Below, one piece after another: positions 49,883 to 51,489 of a DNA stretch of 51,489 nt. A program made the position numbers and the translations under genes. A model generated the notes under the pieces. It did no database searches. It saw nothing but the letters and a program-made list of their open reading frames with translations, and was not told the DNA's origin. Source of the DNA: Octopus bimaculoides (taxonomy: Eukaryota). Position 1 is the first letter of the stretch. The number at the start of each line of letters is the position of its first letter. The DNA is taken from contig NC_069007.1 in the NCBI RefSeq assembly GCF_001194135.2, positions 20,280,106 through 20,331,594 on the forward strand. Reading direction: 5' to 3'.

Positions 49883-50169
49883 CGCAGATCTGGGATCTTT
49901 TTGGTTTGACGGGCAACACTTGTTTTCTTAACGAAACACTTTCAAACTTGGGATACTGGTAGAATGTGTCATATAAAACATCTTTTTCTCTTAGCCTTCT
50001 TAAAAAAAATTAGTTCTTAATAAGTTATTTCATGTTAAAGTTTTTATCTGTTCTATAACACAAAATATACAAGTATACGAAGTTTGAAAGTGTTTCGGTA
50101 CCAAAAACACTACATAAAACATAAATGAAAAAATGTTGCCCGTCAAACCAAAAAGATCCCAGATCTGCG
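49883..50169. mobile_element. 287-bp MITE with 36-bp perfect TIRs
   Basis: cgcagatctgggatctttttggtttgacgggcaaca ... tgttgcccgtcaaaccaaaaagatcccagatctgcg. Confidence 0.85.
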
Positions 50170-51002
50170 ATGTTTTGCTTAGTTCTGTTGGTTGCAGGTC
50201 TTCCAGAACGTTGGTCACTATCGCAAGGTTTAAAATCCCCATGACACGCTGTGTGCCAGATTGGTGCTCCTACCAATTCCTCTGCGGCTCAGGGAATGAA
50301 TAAACGACACACGCCTACTTACCACACACACACACACACACACACACAAGTGCGCGCACATACACGCCTCCACCAATATCTTAAACGTTATAAAGAAATA
50401 CCGGGTTAATGAGAACAACCTTTGCGTGGTTGTTCGTCCTAAAAACAACAGCCGAATCTCCCTCATAATACACTCTGTCACCATACGAATAAGATTACAC
50501 AGGAGAGTAATCCTAAACACATTATCTGAAAAGCAAAAACGAGATGGCCACGGATGGACTGTATTTTAATTATAGATCTGTTACACAAACAAGTCCGACC
50601 TGGTCAAGACGACAATAAAAATAACATAAAACTTATAATTAAAACATAATAAAAATTTATTAATGGCAATTAAAGAGTGGTTAACTCATAAACTGTAAAA
50701 TGGTAATTATGTGCGCGCGCGTGTGTGATGGAGTAAACATTTGAGCGTGAACAAGGAGAAAGAGAGCACTCAATACGTGTGTATGTGTGTACTCTTTTAC
50801 TTGTTTCAGGCATTTGACTGCGGCCATGCTGGAGCACCGCCTTTAGTCGAGCAAATCGACCCCGGGACTTATTCTTTGGAAGCCTAGTACTTATTCTATC
50901 GATGTCTTTTTGCCGAACCGCAAAGTTACGGGGACGTAAACACACCAGCATCGGTTGTCCAGCGATGGTGGTGGGGGGGGACAAACACAGACAGACAAAC
51001 AC

Positions 51003-51037
<35 letters not shown>

Positions 51038-51427
51038 ACGGGCTTCTTTCAGTTTCCGTNNNNNNNNNNTATATATGTATGTATGTATGTATATATACAT
51101 ACACACACACACACACTCATATATGTATGCATTTAAGCATGCATGTATGTATGTATGTGCGCATGTATGAAATTACAAATGTATGTGCGTTCGTGTGCAT
51201 GAATGTGTGTATAAGTATGTGTATATGTACATATGTGTGAATGTGTACATGTAATTAAAAGCGTCCACTTCACACGTATTAATTAGAGAAGTGGATAACT
51301 ACAGCACAGCGACAATGTTATTACCGCAATAAAGAAGTCTTTGAATATTAAAATATCTTCTTATTTTTCCTTGTTCTCCCCCCTCTCTCTCTTTCTCTCT
51401 CTCTCTTCCTCTCTTTCTCCTTGTCAC

Positions 51428-51467
<40 letters not shown>

Positions 51468-51489
51468 TACATACATATATATATATATA

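Overview
AT-rich, gap-ridden eukaryotic genomic DNA. The dense (TA)n/(CA)n/(GA)n microsatellites and the SINE families present suggest an Octopus draft assembly (inference). Two spliced genes are well supported and lie head-to-head. RWDD1 is on the minus strand (7 exons, 37631 to 30037; exon 6 runs into a gap). TRAPPC3/BET3 is on the plus strand (exons 2-5 at 39771-45423; exon 1 not visible, probably in gap 38232-38762). The rest is mostly repeats: several tRNA-derived or RTE-tailed SINE families, RTE LINE fragments, a Helitron fragment, mariner and other MITEs, and a 42-bp minisatellite. Almost all ORFs in the supplied track are artefacts of microsatellites or N-runs. The most interesting observations are (1) a ~150-bp repeat, present three times next to (TA)n tracts, that folds as a minimal hammerhead-ribozyme-like motif; (2) the divergent RWDD1-TRAPPC3 pair, which mirrors human RWDD1-TRAPPC3L as I recall it; and (3) modular SINE architecture, nested insertions and a possible twin-primed RTE insertion. 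All alignments were done by eye, and repeat boundaries are approximate.
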